Below, one piece after another: positions 1-9,054 of a stretch of 64,000 nt of DNA. Source of the DNA: Desulfatiglandales bacterium (GTDB taxonomy: Bacteria > Desulfobacterota > DSM-4660 > Desulfatiglandales > HGW-15); contig CAXXJJ010000004.1 in the NCBI GenBank assembly GCA_963667015.2, positions 2,720,001-2,784,000 of the forward strand, read 5' to 3'. The notes under the pieces were generated by a model. That model worked only from the letters and a program-made list of their open reading frames with translations, searched no databases and was not told the DNA's origin. Every line of letters starts with the position of its first letter. Positions within the stretch are counted from its first letter, which is position 1. The position numbers and the translations under genes were made by a program.

Positions 1-362
1 CAGACACCCTGAAAAAATATAATCTGGACAGCACGGTCAAGATACTTAATGATGATTTTTTCAGAATTACTCAGGATGAAATATTTAAATATACAGGAGA
101 TAAAAGACCCGGGCTTGTTATAATCAACCCACCCTATGGCATCAGGCTGGGCACTAAAAAAGACAGCAGAAAACTGTTCATAAAAATTACCGAAAGGCTG
201 GCTGATGTCTTCAAGGGCTGGAAATTTGCCCTGTTTTCACCTGAAAAAGAAGTTATCGAAAAATGCAGGCTGGATGGGGAACAGACAGTGATTGATCACG
301 GAGGCATCAAACTTACACTTTTTACGGGAATCATATCGGATGGTAAAAATTATGCCTTTTAG
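1..362 (+). CDS. RlmL-like (THUMP-associated) SAM-dependent RNA methyltransferase, C-terminal part (5' truncated by window)
   Basis: Frame 3 translates ...GLVIINPPYGIRLG...FKGWKFALF..., stop TAG 360-362; NPPYG motif. Confidence 0.75.
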   Translation, partial: DTLKKYNLDSTVKILNDDFFRITQDEIFKYTGDKRPGLVIINPPYGIRLGTKKDSRKLFIKITERLADVFKGWKFALFSPEKEVIEKCRLDGEQTVIDHGGIKLTLFTGIISDGKNYAF

Positions 363-969
363 TGAATATAACAGAGACCAGTTGACTGTACTGGCCCAGG
401 TAAGGGATTTTTTCAGGAATCTGCCATCCTCCGAAAAAGATAAAATACAAAAAATTATTCAGCCTTATCTTGTTTTCAGAGCTGATGTGGCAGACTTTCA
501 TAATAAATTCCTGTCTGATATATGCACTGTAAAATGCTTTCAGGATATGCAGAGTGCCTGCTGCAATAAAGAGGGCATTGCGACTTTTTTTGCAGATTTT
601 GTTGTCAACATCCTTTGTTCGGAAAATTCCGAGCTTGATACAATGGAAGAAAAACTGGTGAGAGGCGCAGCTGGAAACAAGTGTGTATACCTCACAGACA
701 AAGGCTGCCTGTGGCGTTACAAGCCGATTGTATGTGAAATGTTTTTATGTGACCATGCGAAAAAATTACTTGGAGAAAAAGGAGCTTCTCATATGTCAAG
801 ATGGGGCGCGCTTAGAGAGGAAGAAAAAAAATATACATGGCCTGATAAACCTGTCCTGTTTGATGAGCTTGAAGAGATTTTTATCGCCAAAGACATTGAA
901 AACCCTCTAATGTATTGCCACAAAAGCCCTGGGCTCCTTCGAATAAAGTCCAGTTGGAAAAACATATAA
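340..969 (+). CDS. Cys-rich hypothetical protein (YkgJ/CxxCxxCC-like, putative Fe-S or Zn binding)
   Basis: CTVKC..ACC..CVYL..GC..KPIVCEMFLC pattern; start ATG 340 or 352. Confidence 0.6.
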   Translation: MVKIMPFSEYNRDQLTVLAQVRDFFRNLPSSEKDKIQKIIQPYLVFRADVADFHNKFLSDICTVKCFQDMQSACCNKEGIATFFADFVVNILCSENSELDTMEEKLVRGAAGNKCVYLTDKGCLWRYKPIVCEMFLCDHAKKLLGEKGASHMSRWGALREEEKKYTWPDKPVLFDELEEIFIAKDIENPLMYCHKSPGLLRIKSSWKNI

Positions 970-1141
970 AATTTAAAAAAAGAGCAACATTTTGCATAAT
1001 TATATATTTTTATATACAACATATAGTAATTTTCCTTGACAAAATTCATTCAAATAATATATCTTTTATATCGTTTCGCCAAACGTTTAAACAAGTTTTC
1101 AAACTAACATATATTTTACATTATTTTTACTGAGGTGACCT

Positions 1142-1324
1142 ATGTACGTAGATGTTGTCTGTTCCTGGTGCAACAAGCTCCTTCGTACAAAATCTATTGG
1201 AAAGGATCGCAGCGGCAAACCGCGTGTAACCCACACTATTTGCTCCAGTTGCAAAGATCAGGTAATAAGAGAGTACAAAAAGAACCTTAAGCAGATAAGA
1301 CTGCAGCAAAGGCACGACCTCTAA
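1142..1324 (+). CDS. Small putative zinc-binding protein (60 aa)
   Basis: GAGGTG RBS before ATG; CSWC...HTICSSC motif. Confidence 0.7.
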   Translation: MYVDVVCSWCNKLLRTKSIGKDRSGKPRVTHTICSSCKDQVIREYKKNLKQIRLQQRHDL

Positions 1325-1417
1325 CCTGTACAGGCCTGTTCCCCTCCAGATAAACGGATCTTGAGATAAGATCTTGTATTGACCCTTTTTTCTTAAAATG
1401 TTAATTAGAACCACTTC

Positions 1418-1491
1418 GGGCGGTTAGCTCAGATGGATAGAGCGTTGGTCTCCGGAACCAAAGGCCGTGGGTTCGAATCCCGCATCGCCCA
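1418..1491 (+). tRNA. tRNA-Arg(CCG), CCA not encoded
   Basis: Cloverleaf: GGGCGGT/ATCGCCC acceptor, TTGGT-CTCCGGA-ACCAA anticodon arm, GGTTCGAATCC T arm. Confidence 0.97.
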
Positions 1492-1504
1492 CTTTCAATA
1501 ATAA

Positions 1505-1537
1505 CAAGGCTCTTAGCGTTTTTAAGAGCCTTATTTA
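1505..1537 (+). terminator. Hairpin after tRNA-Arg
   Basis: AAGGCTCTTA-gcgttt-TAAGAGCCTT followed by AT-rich tract. Confidence 0.6.
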
Positions 1538-1625
1538 ATTTAACGCTTTTCTTGATTTCCCAACCCTATTCCCAACCTGAAGTGACAAAAGCTATTTAAG
1601 TAAACTTGTACAAAAAACAAAAATA

Positions 1626-2444
1626 TTAACATTCTTCTTCTGTCGTTGGAGCACTTGTAGTGGGCGCTATTGTTGACGGAGGCTCCGTCCATACATCCAT
1701 TTGAAGATCAATATAGCTCTTAATTCTTTTCAAATCAGACTCTTCAATCGGAAATTTATGAAAAGTTATCGTAACCTGATTTTCGTTTTTCAAACGTAAC
1801 ACAAATGACTTTTCAAGATCATCCAAAGAATCTTTATTTGGTCCTACTGAGCCAGCAGGCATTTGCCTTTGTTGCGCTTGCCTAGCATTTTTATTTACCA
1901 TCTCTTCTTTTTGCACATCCCTAACTTCTTCATCATCATTGCCTTCACAATCTTCTTCAACTCTAATTAGACCAGAAAAAGTTAATGTCCGCCTAAAACC
2001 TTTTATAAACTTATCGATCTTGCCAGCGTTGAACCCATGATCCTTTATTAGTTTTATTTTTAATGTTGCATCTGAAGGTAGATCGCCACTATATTCATTA
2101 TATAATTTTCTATAAATATTTGGATATAAAGCAATTTCTTTTACTATACTGATATAGTCTATATCATCAGGCGAATGTAAAGATATATCTATGCCTTTTT
2201 CTGTGATAACTAAATTACCTTGAGCCTCAGAAATCAAGCCAAATTGTTTAATAGCTGAAATAACTCTAGCAGAATAACCAGCATAAGTATCATACCCCAA
2301 ATCTTCCATAGCTGCTTCTTTTGGGAAAGGATTATTCTTCTCTTTCTCCCATAAAATATTCACCTTTTCAATGGCTTCATCCAATGATATCATGGGATAC
2401 GCTGGACTTCTTACCCTTTGTTTTTTTTGAGATTTAGGTTCCAT
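1626..2444 (-). CDS. Hypothetical protein (272 aa), possible N-terminal winged-helix DNA-binding fold
   Basis: Long AT-rich ORF with GGGAGG RBS and its own promoter. Confidence 0.75.
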   Translation of the reverse strand: MEPKSQKKQRVRSPAYPMISLDEAIEKVNILWEKEKNNPFPKEAAMEDLGYDTYAGYSARVISAIKQFGLISEAQGNLVITEKGIDISLHSPDDIDYISIVKEIALYPNIYRKLYNEYSGDLPSDATLKIKLIKDHGFNAGKIDKFIKGFRRTLTFSGLIRVEEDCEGNDDEEVRDVQKEEMVNKNARQAQQRQMPAGSVGPNKDSLDDLEKSFVLRLKNENQVTITFHKFPIEESDLKRIKSYIDLQMDVWTEPPSTIAPTTSAPTTEEEC

Positions 2445-2484
2445 TGCATTCCTCCCTGATTATTATAATATTAGATATGAAAGA

Positions 2485-2513
2485 GTTATACCTCTCTAAT
2501 TCTATTTTGTCAA
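2485..2513 (-). promoter_or_regulatory. Sigma70 promoter for the 272-aa ORF
   Basis: TTGACA-17 nt-TATAAC on minus strand. Confidence 0.75.
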
Positions 2514-2600
2514 GACATTTATCACTGATATTACGGCTAGCGACATTAACATTAATTGTAATAAAAATGCTATTTAATTGCTCTAATGCTTTTTTGGGGA

Positions 2601-2629
2601 TTGACATACCATTAGGTGTGTGATTTAAT
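2601..2629 (+). promoter_or_regulatory. Sigma70 promoter for the atypical tRNA / small ORF transcript
   Basis: TTGACA-17 nt-TTTAAT with extended -10 TGn. Confidence 0.6.
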
Positions 2630-2630
2630 T

Positions 2631-2665
2631 AAAAAGCCTCACTAAGGAATATCCAAAGTGAGGCT
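2631..2665 (-). terminator. Intrinsic terminator on minus strand (end of predicted antisense RNA)
   Basis: 9-bp stem AGCCTCACT/AGTGAGGCT, T-run follows on the minus strand. Confidence 0.65.
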
Positions 2666-2675
2666 GAAAAGACAA

Positions 2676-2764
2676 GGTGGGGTGGCTGAAATGGTGAAAG
2701 CACCTGACTGATAATCAGGGGTGGTTAAACGCCACTGGGGGTTCGAGGCCCCTTCCCACCGCCA
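2676..2764 (+). tRNA. Atypical long-variable-arm tRNA: Ser-type body, anticodon GAU (Ile)
   Basis: Acceptor GGTGGGG/TCCCACC, G73, encoded CCA; anticodon arm CCTGA-CTGATAA-TCAGG; variable stem GTGGT/GCCAC; T arm GGGGG-TTCGAGG-CCCCT. Confidence 0.9.
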
Positions 2765-2821
2765 TTACCCCAATAAATACGAAGGACTTAAGGGGTAACA
2801 TAGATATAAACAACTGAAATT

Positions 2822-2849
2822 ATTATACAACATTTTCTATCTATGTCAA
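2822..2849 (-). promoter_or_regulatory. Consensus antisense sigma70 promoter
   Basis: TTGACA-16 nt-TATAAT on minus strand. Confidence 0.75.
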
Positions 2850-2876
2850 GAGGGTCCTTCGGGAAAGGAGTCCTCT

Positions 2877-2987
2877 ATGGCTAAGAAGAACGGAAAGAGG
2901 CTAATCTTCCGGGCTTGGATTACCGTAAAAGGTAAGCGTTTATACGCTAAGGATTACGGTTTAAAAGCTTGGGCAATCTGGGTATAA
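2877..2987 (+). CDS. 36-aa basic/aromatic peptide MAKKNGKRLIFRAWITVKGKRLYAKDYGLKAWAIWV
   Basis: AAGGAG RBS 6 nt before ATG, TAA 2985-2987, terminator immediately after. Confidence 0.75.
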   Translation: MAKKNGKRLIFRAWITVKGKRLYAKDYGLKAWAIWV

Positions 2988-2996
2988 CCTAGACTT

Positions 2997-3036
2997 AAGG
3001 GGAAAAGAGTTTTTCTTTTCCCCTTTCTCATTTTTT
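2997..3036 (+). terminator. Intrinsic terminator
   Basis: 12-bp stem AAGGGGAAAAGA/TCTTTTCCCCTT followed by T-rich tract. Confidence 0.8.
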
Positions 3037-3226
3037 GGTCCTTTACTAAATTTTATTTTTTGCAGGACCACTGGAAGAAATTTCCCCAGCAGCCCTACAA
3101 TATTTAGGAGGATCAACTCACGCTTAATAATACAGCTCTGAGGGATCGAAAAAAGAGGCAATGGTACATCAGGCCTTCACCATTTCCTAAGCTGGAAGGA
3201 TACTTATCTTCCAGACTAGACCAACA

Positions 3227-3592
3227 TTAATCACGTGAAGCGAGTGCTACAAAAGGTGATAAGGTGTTTGCCTCCTTAAAAGGTATTATCGCTGAGGACA
3301 GCATAGGCTGACCATCAACACGATATACAAACCTCACATGAATGCTTACATCCTGCTGCACACCGCTTTTATCAGCAAGAGCATACTGAGACATATCTGC
3401 CAGGATTATATCTCCAGTTGTGCCAACTGTTTCGCACTGCTCAATTGGTATCACTGGCCTCCCAAATAGAGAAACATATGGAGAGGATGACGCTCCGCCA
3501 GATGGGAGATACACTGGAGCACCAGCATCTCCAACAGTCTGACTCATACCATAAAGCTGAGGCAGACAATCCTGATTAATAAAGCAACCCAA
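3227..3592 (-). pseudogene. Phage major capsid protein (HK97-like), C-terminal remnant
   Basis: LFGRPVIPIEQC..GTTGDIILADMSQY..SIHVRF..RVDGQP..TLSPFVAL; N-terminal portion absent. Confidence 0.75.
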
Positions 3593-4055
3593 TATTTAAC
3601 AACCATGAAATGTACCACAAAATCAACCGACTATATAAACAACTTTGAGAGATCTTCCACGCAATGTGGCTACAGATAATTTATAATCGAATATCGGCCA
3701 AAATGCCAATGCTGGCAAAATGGCCGATTTCCGATTTTAAAAAGGGAGCAACAGTATCTCGAGTCGCTGAAAAGCACGGCATGCCTACATCCCTGGCCTT
3801 CTCTGTTGCTCTGGTTGGTAAAAATGACTATGGCTGATTTCGTGATTTACAATGGGGGATAAAAACCTAAGACAAATGGAACTGAGCTGGTTGTTTACCT
3901 CTTGGGTGAACAGATAGGAGTCAGCCCTTTATATTGTTGTCGCATGAATGTAATGGATTTTAACTGTCTTTGAAGATGAAAAGACAACGTAACAGTCAGG
4001 GGTATCTCTGTTTCTTCCGCTTTCGTGTGTTTCATAAAAATAATACCAACAAGTT

Positions 4056-4439
4056 TTATTCAGAATCTTCAAGAAACCTTTCAATAGGGGCATCCAGAAT
4101 ACTTGACAGCTTTCTTGCCATTTTAATACTTATAGCTCTGTGTCCATTTTCCATATTTGAAACATGCTGTCTTGGAATACTTCCCAAGGCCTCTCCGAGT
4201 TGAACCTGCGTCAAGCCTTTATTCTCTCGATAAATACGTAAGTATTTTCCAGGTGTCATTTTCCCTTTAATATCTTTGTACCATTGACTATCAAAGACAT
4301 TGATATAATCTTCCTCATCATCTGTTAAAAGGTTTAATTCCTTCCCATATTCTTCCTTTAAAACTTTCATAAGCTTTGGTGGAATTTTTTCGCCTTTTAC
4401 ATTGATTTCAATATGGGGCGTTTTCACGACTGCCTGCAT
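4056..4439 (-). CDS. XRE-family HTH antitoxin (HigA-like)
   Basis: LRIYRENKGLTQVQLGEALG..VSNMENGHRAIS; overlaps toxin gene. Confidence 0.85.
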   Translation of the reverse strand: MQAVVKTPHIEINVKGEKIPPKLMKVLKEEYGKELNLLTDDEEDYINVFDSQWYKDIKGKMTPGKYLRIYRENKGLTQVQLGEALGSIPRQHVSNMENGHRAISIKMARKLSSILDAPIERFLEDSE

Positions 4440-4677
4440 AATACGCCTCTATAATTAAAGATTGCTCTTCATAATACCAGCATGCCACCCATTTTCTGGT
4501 TAAATGGCAATGATGTTTATCTTTGCCGAGTTTGCTGTAATTCGGCCATCCGGGTTGAACTGGTCCCTTTTCTCTCAGGTCATCAACCAGCACTGCCAGT
4601 TTTTCCTGAACATGGACCGGCATCTTTTTTATTTCTTTAAAAATCTTCTTTTTGATTATTACATTAAAAACAGACAT
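4408..4677 (-). CDS. RelE/HigB-superfamily toxin
   Basis: 89 aa, WPNYSKL..HHCHL..YYAGSRENAPY, upstream of HTH antitoxin. Confidence 0.75.
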   Translation of the reverse strand: MSVFNVIIKKKIFKEIKKMPVHVQEKLAVLVDDLREKGPVQPGWPNYSKLGKDKHHCHLTRKWVACWYYEEQSLIIEAYYAGSRENAPY

Positions 4678-4882
4678 AATGTAACCATTTTTTGATTCCT
4701 CGTCAATTCTTTAGTTGATGGTTTCTTGAATAAGTTTTTACGAAGCTAAGCTGTGTTGACCTAATTTAAACAGGATGGTAAAAAGTTATAGTTTTATTTC
4801 ATAGTAGCCGATATAAGACAAGTTAGAAATTTTTCTCAAAATCGTGAGTCAATAAATTCAATCATTTTTCCGGGAGGATTAA

Positions 4883-5185
4883 ATGGGGGCTTTTTTCAAA
4901 AAATTACTTACCATAGCTATTATCTGCGCTATTGTTTATGCCCTGATGGGATACCATTACATAATTGTAGATAAGTCCCTAAAAATGCTCAAAAAATCGG
5001 AGCTTACCCTCAAATATACACTCTTTAACACGGATGGGAAAAAACCTGAAAAAGTAATGTCCATACCTGAACTATGGGATGACGGGATAGGAGAACTGCT
5101 CATGGAAGAAGGGGTAATAAGTGAGGAAGAGCTCGAAAAATTCAGGATATTAAAGGAGGCTGAGGAAGAAGAGGAATACTATTAA
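4883..5185 (+). CDS. Hypothetical membrane-anchored protein
   Basis: GGAGG RBS, N-terminal hydrophobic helix, acidic tail. Confidence 0.75.
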   Translation: MGAFFKKLLTIAIICAIVYALMGYHYIIVDKSLKMLKKSELTLKYTLFNTDGKKPEKVMSIPELWDDGIGELLMEEGVISEEELEKFRILKEAEEEEEYY

Positions 5186-5628
5186 ATCTCAAAATCCACC
5201 TTGATCTTGTACATCTTTACAGCAGGCAGATTAAGAATATCATCCACACCGGTTTTTTCAGCAATCTCATTAAGAGACTTTTCTATAAAGGCCACATCCG
5301 GGGCAATGAAGGTAAACCATATATTATAGGCATTTTTTCTCAGATAGTTATGGGTAACACCCTTGTAACTGTTAACAACCTCAACAAATTTATCTATTTT
5401 TTCCTCCGGCACCTTAGCTGCACAGAGGGTACTGGTAAAATTAAGCTTTCGGGAATTAAAATTACCGCCGATCCTTCTGATAACGCCCTCTTCTTTTAAC
5501 CTGTTTATTCGTTCAATCACTTCGTCTTCAGGCATATTTAATCTTTCACCCAGTTCAAGAAAGGGCCTTGATGTTATCGGAAAACCGGACTGTATTTCAT
5601 TCAGGAGATCTTTATCTATTTTGTCCAT
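5182..5628 (-). CDS. ahbA: Siroheme decarboxylase subunit (Lrp/AsnC-like); start at MDKIDK
   Basis: IQSGFPITSRPF..VIRRIGGNF..GVTHNYLR..YNIWFT; operon context. Confidence 0.85.
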   Translation of the reverse strand: MDKIDKDLLNEIQSGFPITSRPFLELGERLNMPEDEVIERINRLKEEGVIRRIGGNFNSRKLNFTSTLCAAKVPEEKIDKFVEVVNSYKGVTHNYLRKNAYNIWFTFIAPDVAFIEKSLNEIAEKTGVDDILNLPAVKMYKIKVDFEI

Positions 5629-5632
5629 GATT

Positions 5633-6709
5633 TTAACCCGGCTGATAGGCACATAAAGGTTCCTCTGCAAGATAATCTCCGGTTGCCTCATACGCCCTTG
5701 CCCTGCAGCCCCCGCAGAATTTCCTGTATTCACACCTGCCGCATTTGCCCTTGTAGGAATTAAAATCTCTCAGATCATTAAAAATCTTCGAGTCTTTCCA
5801 TATTTTATCAAATGGGTCTTTCTTGAGATCACCGCAGTTGAGCTCAAGATACCCGCAAGGCTGTACAATTCCGTCATAGGAAATAAAACAGAAGGATGTC
5901 CCTCCAAGGCATCCCCTTGTCATGGCATCAAGGCCGTATGTCTCAAAGTCTATCTTCTCGCCCTTTGCATGGGCCTCCTGGCGAAGTATCCGATAATAAT
6001 GGGGTGCACATGTCGCCTTAAGATGAAGAGGCGTCTTGTTCCTCATATGATAAAACCAGTGCAGCAGCTTCTCATATCTCCGGGCATCTATTTCCTGATT
6101 TTCCATATCCTTTGCCCGGCCTGTTGGAACAAGCAGAAAGATATGATGGGCAACCGCACCCAGATCAACGGCTATCTGCAGTATTTTATCGATGTCATCT
6201 GCGTTGTGCCGTGTAACAGTTGTATTTATCTGATACTCCAGACCGGCCTCCTTCATATATGATATCCCTCTGAGAGATGCATCAAATGCACCCTGAACCT
6301 TTCTGAAGGCATCATGTTTTTCTGCTGTTTCTCCATCCAGAGATATGCTTACCCGCTTAATCCCTGATTCTTTCATGCTTTCGACAAGTTCAGGCGTAAG
6401 AAGCGTACCATTGGTGGCCATCACCATCCGAAGCCCGAGACCCGTGCCATACCTTGCCAGTTCAAAAATATCCTCACGTAACAGGGGTTCTCCGCCGGTG
6501 AGTATTATTATAGGACTACCAGTAAGGGTTATCTCATCAAGGATCTGCTTTGCCTTTGCAGTATCAAGCTCGCCTTCATAGGGGCCTTTTTCTGCAGACG
6601 CCCTGCAATGAACGCAGCTGAGATTGCAGCTTCGTGTAACTTCCCAGGCTACAAGCCTGGGCTGGTTTGGCGCGCCATGCGGATGACCTTTATGTATTTT
6701 ATTATCCAT
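5633..6709 (-). CDS. ahbD: AdoMet-dependent heme b synthase (radical SAM/SPASM)
   Basis: [29 protein letters not shown] cysteines. Confidence 0.9.
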   Translation of the reverse strand: MDNKIHKGHPHGAPNQPRLVAWEVTRSCNLSCVHCRASAEKGPYEGELDTAKAKQILDEITLTGSPIIILTGGEPLLREDIFELARYGTGLGLRMVMATNGTLLTPELVESMKESGIKRVSISLDGETAEKHDAFRKVQGAFDASLRGISYMKEAGLEYQINTTVTRHNADDIDKILQIAVDLGAVAHHIFLLVPTGRAKDMENQEIDARRYEKLLHWFYHMRNKTPLHLKATCAPHYYRILRQEAHAKGEKIDFETYGLDAMTRGCLGGTSFCFISYDGIVQPCGYLELNCGDLKKDPFDKIWKDSKIFNDLRDFNSYKGKCGRCEYRKFCGGCRARAYEATGDYLAEEPLCAYQPG

Positions 6710-7673
6710 TTAAAACCTTTGCAGCTTCCTTGGCGAAATAGGTAAATATGAGCTTTGCTCCCGCCCTTTTAATACATGTAAGACTTTCCATCATTATTCT
6801 CGGGCCGTCAACCCATCCTCTTTCTTCTGCGGCCTTTATCATGGAATACTCTCCGCTTACATGGTAGGCGGCAATCGGCAACAGGCATTCATCCTGGACA
6901 CGTTTTAAGATATCGAGATAGGGCAACGCCGGTTTTACCATTATCATGTCCGCACCTTCTTCAATATCCAGAATCGCCTCTCTCAGTGCCTCATTACTGT
7001 TTCCCGGATCCATCTGGTAGCCGGTCCTGTCACCAAACTCGGGGGCTGATTCAGCCGCCTCCCTGAAAGGTCCGTAAAAGGCCGATGCATATTTTACCGC
7101 ATATGAGATGATCCCGCTGTCACAGTAGCCATTGCTGTCAAGGATATCTCTTATGGCTGCAACCCTGCCGTCCATCATGTCGGATGGTGCAACAAAATCC
7201 GCTCCGGCCTTTACATGACTTAGGGCCGTTTTTGCCAGTATCTCAAGGGTAGAATCATTGTGAACACATCCGTTTTCAATAATTCCGCAATGACCATGGT
7301 CCGTATATTCACACAGGCAGACATCGGTTATTACGACCATATCCGGGTATTTGTCCTTTATTGCACTTATGGAACGCTGGACAGCCTCATTCTCATCAAA
7401 GGCACTGCTTCCGATAGAATCCTTTTTTTCCGGCAGACCAAATAGAATGATGGATTTAACGTCAAAATCTCTCAATTCCCCAACTTCGGATACCAGGGTA
7501 TCTACGGAAAAATGATATTGTCCCGGCATTGACGGTATAGTATCCTTTATCCCTTTTCCGTTTTTTACAAAGAGAGGATATACAAGGTCCCTGGTAGTGA
7601 CCTCTGTCTCCCTGACCATATTCCTTATTTCAGGTGTTCTTCTTAGTCTTCTGGGACGAATGATCATTTTCAC
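6702..7673 (-). CDS. hemB: Porphobilinogen synthase
   Basis: [34 protein letters not shown]. Confidence 0.97.
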   Translation of the reverse strand: MKMIIRPRRLRRTPEIRNMVRETEVTTRDLVYPLFVKNGKGIKDTIPSMPGQYHFSVDTLVSEVGELRDFDVKSIILFGLPEKKDSIGSSAFDENEAVQRSISAIKDKYPDMVVITDVCLCEYTDHGHCGIIENGCVHNDSTLEILAKTALSHVKAGADFVAPSDMMDGRVAAIRDILDSNGYCDSGIISYAVKYASAFYGPFREAAESAPEFGDRTGYQMDPGNSNEALREAILDIEEGADMIMVKPALPYLDILKRVQDECLLPIAAYHVSGEYSMIKAAEERGWVDGPRIMMESLTCIKRAGAKLIFTYFAKEAAKVLNG

Positions 7674-8851
7674 ACTCCAATCTCTTCATCGGTAAGATAA
7701 CATGCCGGATCCGGGGCCCACAGATCGCCTGTTGCAGCCTCTGCCCTTACCCGGAAATTACCTGCGCAGATATCCAGCCATTTGCACTGTGCGCATCGGC
7801 CTGTCATGTATTTCTTTTTATCTTTCAGCCTGCTCAGTAATGGGTCAGACATATCTGTCCATATCTCACTGAAGGGCCTTTCGAGCACATTCCCAAAGGT
7901 CTGGTGTCGCCAGAACTGATCCGCATGAACAGCGCCGTCCCAGCTTATACAGCCGATACCTCTGCCAGAACTGTTACCCTCATTCATCTGGAGGAGCTCA
8001 AGAACTTCTCCGCTCCTCGGGTTTTCTTCCTTTAACATACGCAAATACACATATGGCCCATCGGCATGATTGTCTACAGTTAAGATTTCCTTTGGTTTTC
8101 CACGGTCGTGAAGGTCTTTTGTCCGGTCTATAATAAGGTCTACAACCTCTCTGGTTTCATCATGGGAGAGATCCTGTTCGATCAGTTCAGATCCCCTGCC
8201 TGCATAAACCAGGTGATAAAAACAGACCCTCGGGATCTCCATCTCTTCTAAAAGATCGAATACCGGGGCTATCTGGTCCTTATTCAGCTTGCTTATGGTA
8301 AACCTGAGGCCAACCTTGAGACCTGCTTCAAGACTGTTCTCGATACCGCTCACGGCCGCCTTGAATGCACCTTTCTTTTTCCTGAAGTGATCATTTACCT
8401 CCTCCATTCCGTCGAGGCTCACGCCAACATAGGAAAGACCAATCTTCTTGAGCTCTGCAGCTTTTTCTTTGGTAATAAGCGTTCCGTTTGTAGAAATAAC
8501 AGCCCTCATACCTTTACTGACTGCGTAATCCGCCAGTTCCGGAAGGTCAGGCCTTACAAGGGGTTCACCTCCCGAAAAAAGCACAACAGGGGTACCGAAC
8601 TGTGCAAGGTCATCAAGAACAACCTTTGCCTGTTCGGTTGAAAGTTCTTTTTCGAGGGCCTTTTCAGTGGCATGGGCATAACAGTGCACGCATTTGAGAT
8701 TGCATGCTCTTGTTACATTCCAGACTACAACCGGTTTTTTATCCTTTGAAAACTGAAGGAGGTGCGACGGCAATTTTGATGAATGTCTCCCGTAACGCAA
8801 GGCATCGGAAGGTTCCACTGTTCCACAATAAAGCTTTGAAATTCCAATCAT
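7670..8851 (-). CDS. ahbC: 12,18-didecarboxysiroheme deacetylase (radical SAM)
   Basis: [37 protein letters not shown]. Confidence 0.92.
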   Translation of the reverse strand: MIGISKLYCGTVEPSDALRYGRHSSKLPSHLLQFSKDKKPVVVWNVTRACNLKCVHCYAHATEKALEKELSTEQAKVVLDDLAQFGTPVVLFSGGEPLVRPDLPELADYAVSKGMRAVISTNGTLITKEKAAELKKIGLSYVGVSLDGMEEVNDHFRKKKGAFKAAVSGIENSLEAGLKVGLRFTISKLNKDQIAPVFDLLEEMEIPRVCFYHLVYAGRGSELIEQDLSHDETREVVDLIIDRTKDLHDRGKPKEILTVDNHADGPYVYLRMLKEENPRSGEVLELLQMNEGNSSGRGIGCISWDGAVHADQFWRHQTFGNVLERPFSEIWTDMSDPLLSRLKDKKKYMTGRCAQCKWLDICAGNFRVRAEAATGDLWAPDPACYLTDEEIGV

Positions 8852-9054
8852 TTTTACTCTCTCAGAAAAAGTCCCATATAACAGGGCAAATTATAGACTT
8901 CATAAAGAAGCACATACAAAAATAAAAGAATTCAGCAGTTATAAGCCGGGATATACCTAAAAACATCAGTATTTATAGTTTTTATTCCGACTTCTTCATT
9001 CTGTCTACTGAATTCTTTACAATAATCAGGCTTGTATGGCTATTATTTTTTCAA

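Larger units (their letters stand above)
2631..2815 (-). ncRNA. Predicted antisense RNA (about 185 nt) covering the atypical tRNA
   Basis: Bounded by the consensus promoter at 2822-2849 and the terminator at 2631-2665; expression not shown. Confidence 0.5.
1492..4700. mobile_element. Decayed prophage or genomic island at the tRNA-Arg 3' end (limits approximate)
   Basis: AT-rich orphan gene, atypical tRNA, capsid fragment and TA pair; TTCCCAACC direct repeats near 1557-1577; no attR or integrase seen. Confidence 0.55.

Noticed and set aside
2676..2764. Odd tRNA as selC or 8/4 allo-tRNA
   Set aside because: Anticodon is not UCA and the stems fold 7/5
2961..3161. 66-aa minus-strand ORF
   Set aside because: Crosses a terminator and overlaps the better supported 36-aa ORF; no RBS
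3683..3740. Imperfect inverted repeat in the island
   Set aside because: No promoter, terminator tail or second copy to give it meaning
5629..5733. N-terminal extension of ahbA in the ORF track
   Set aside because: Overlaps ahbD; homology starts at MDKIDK
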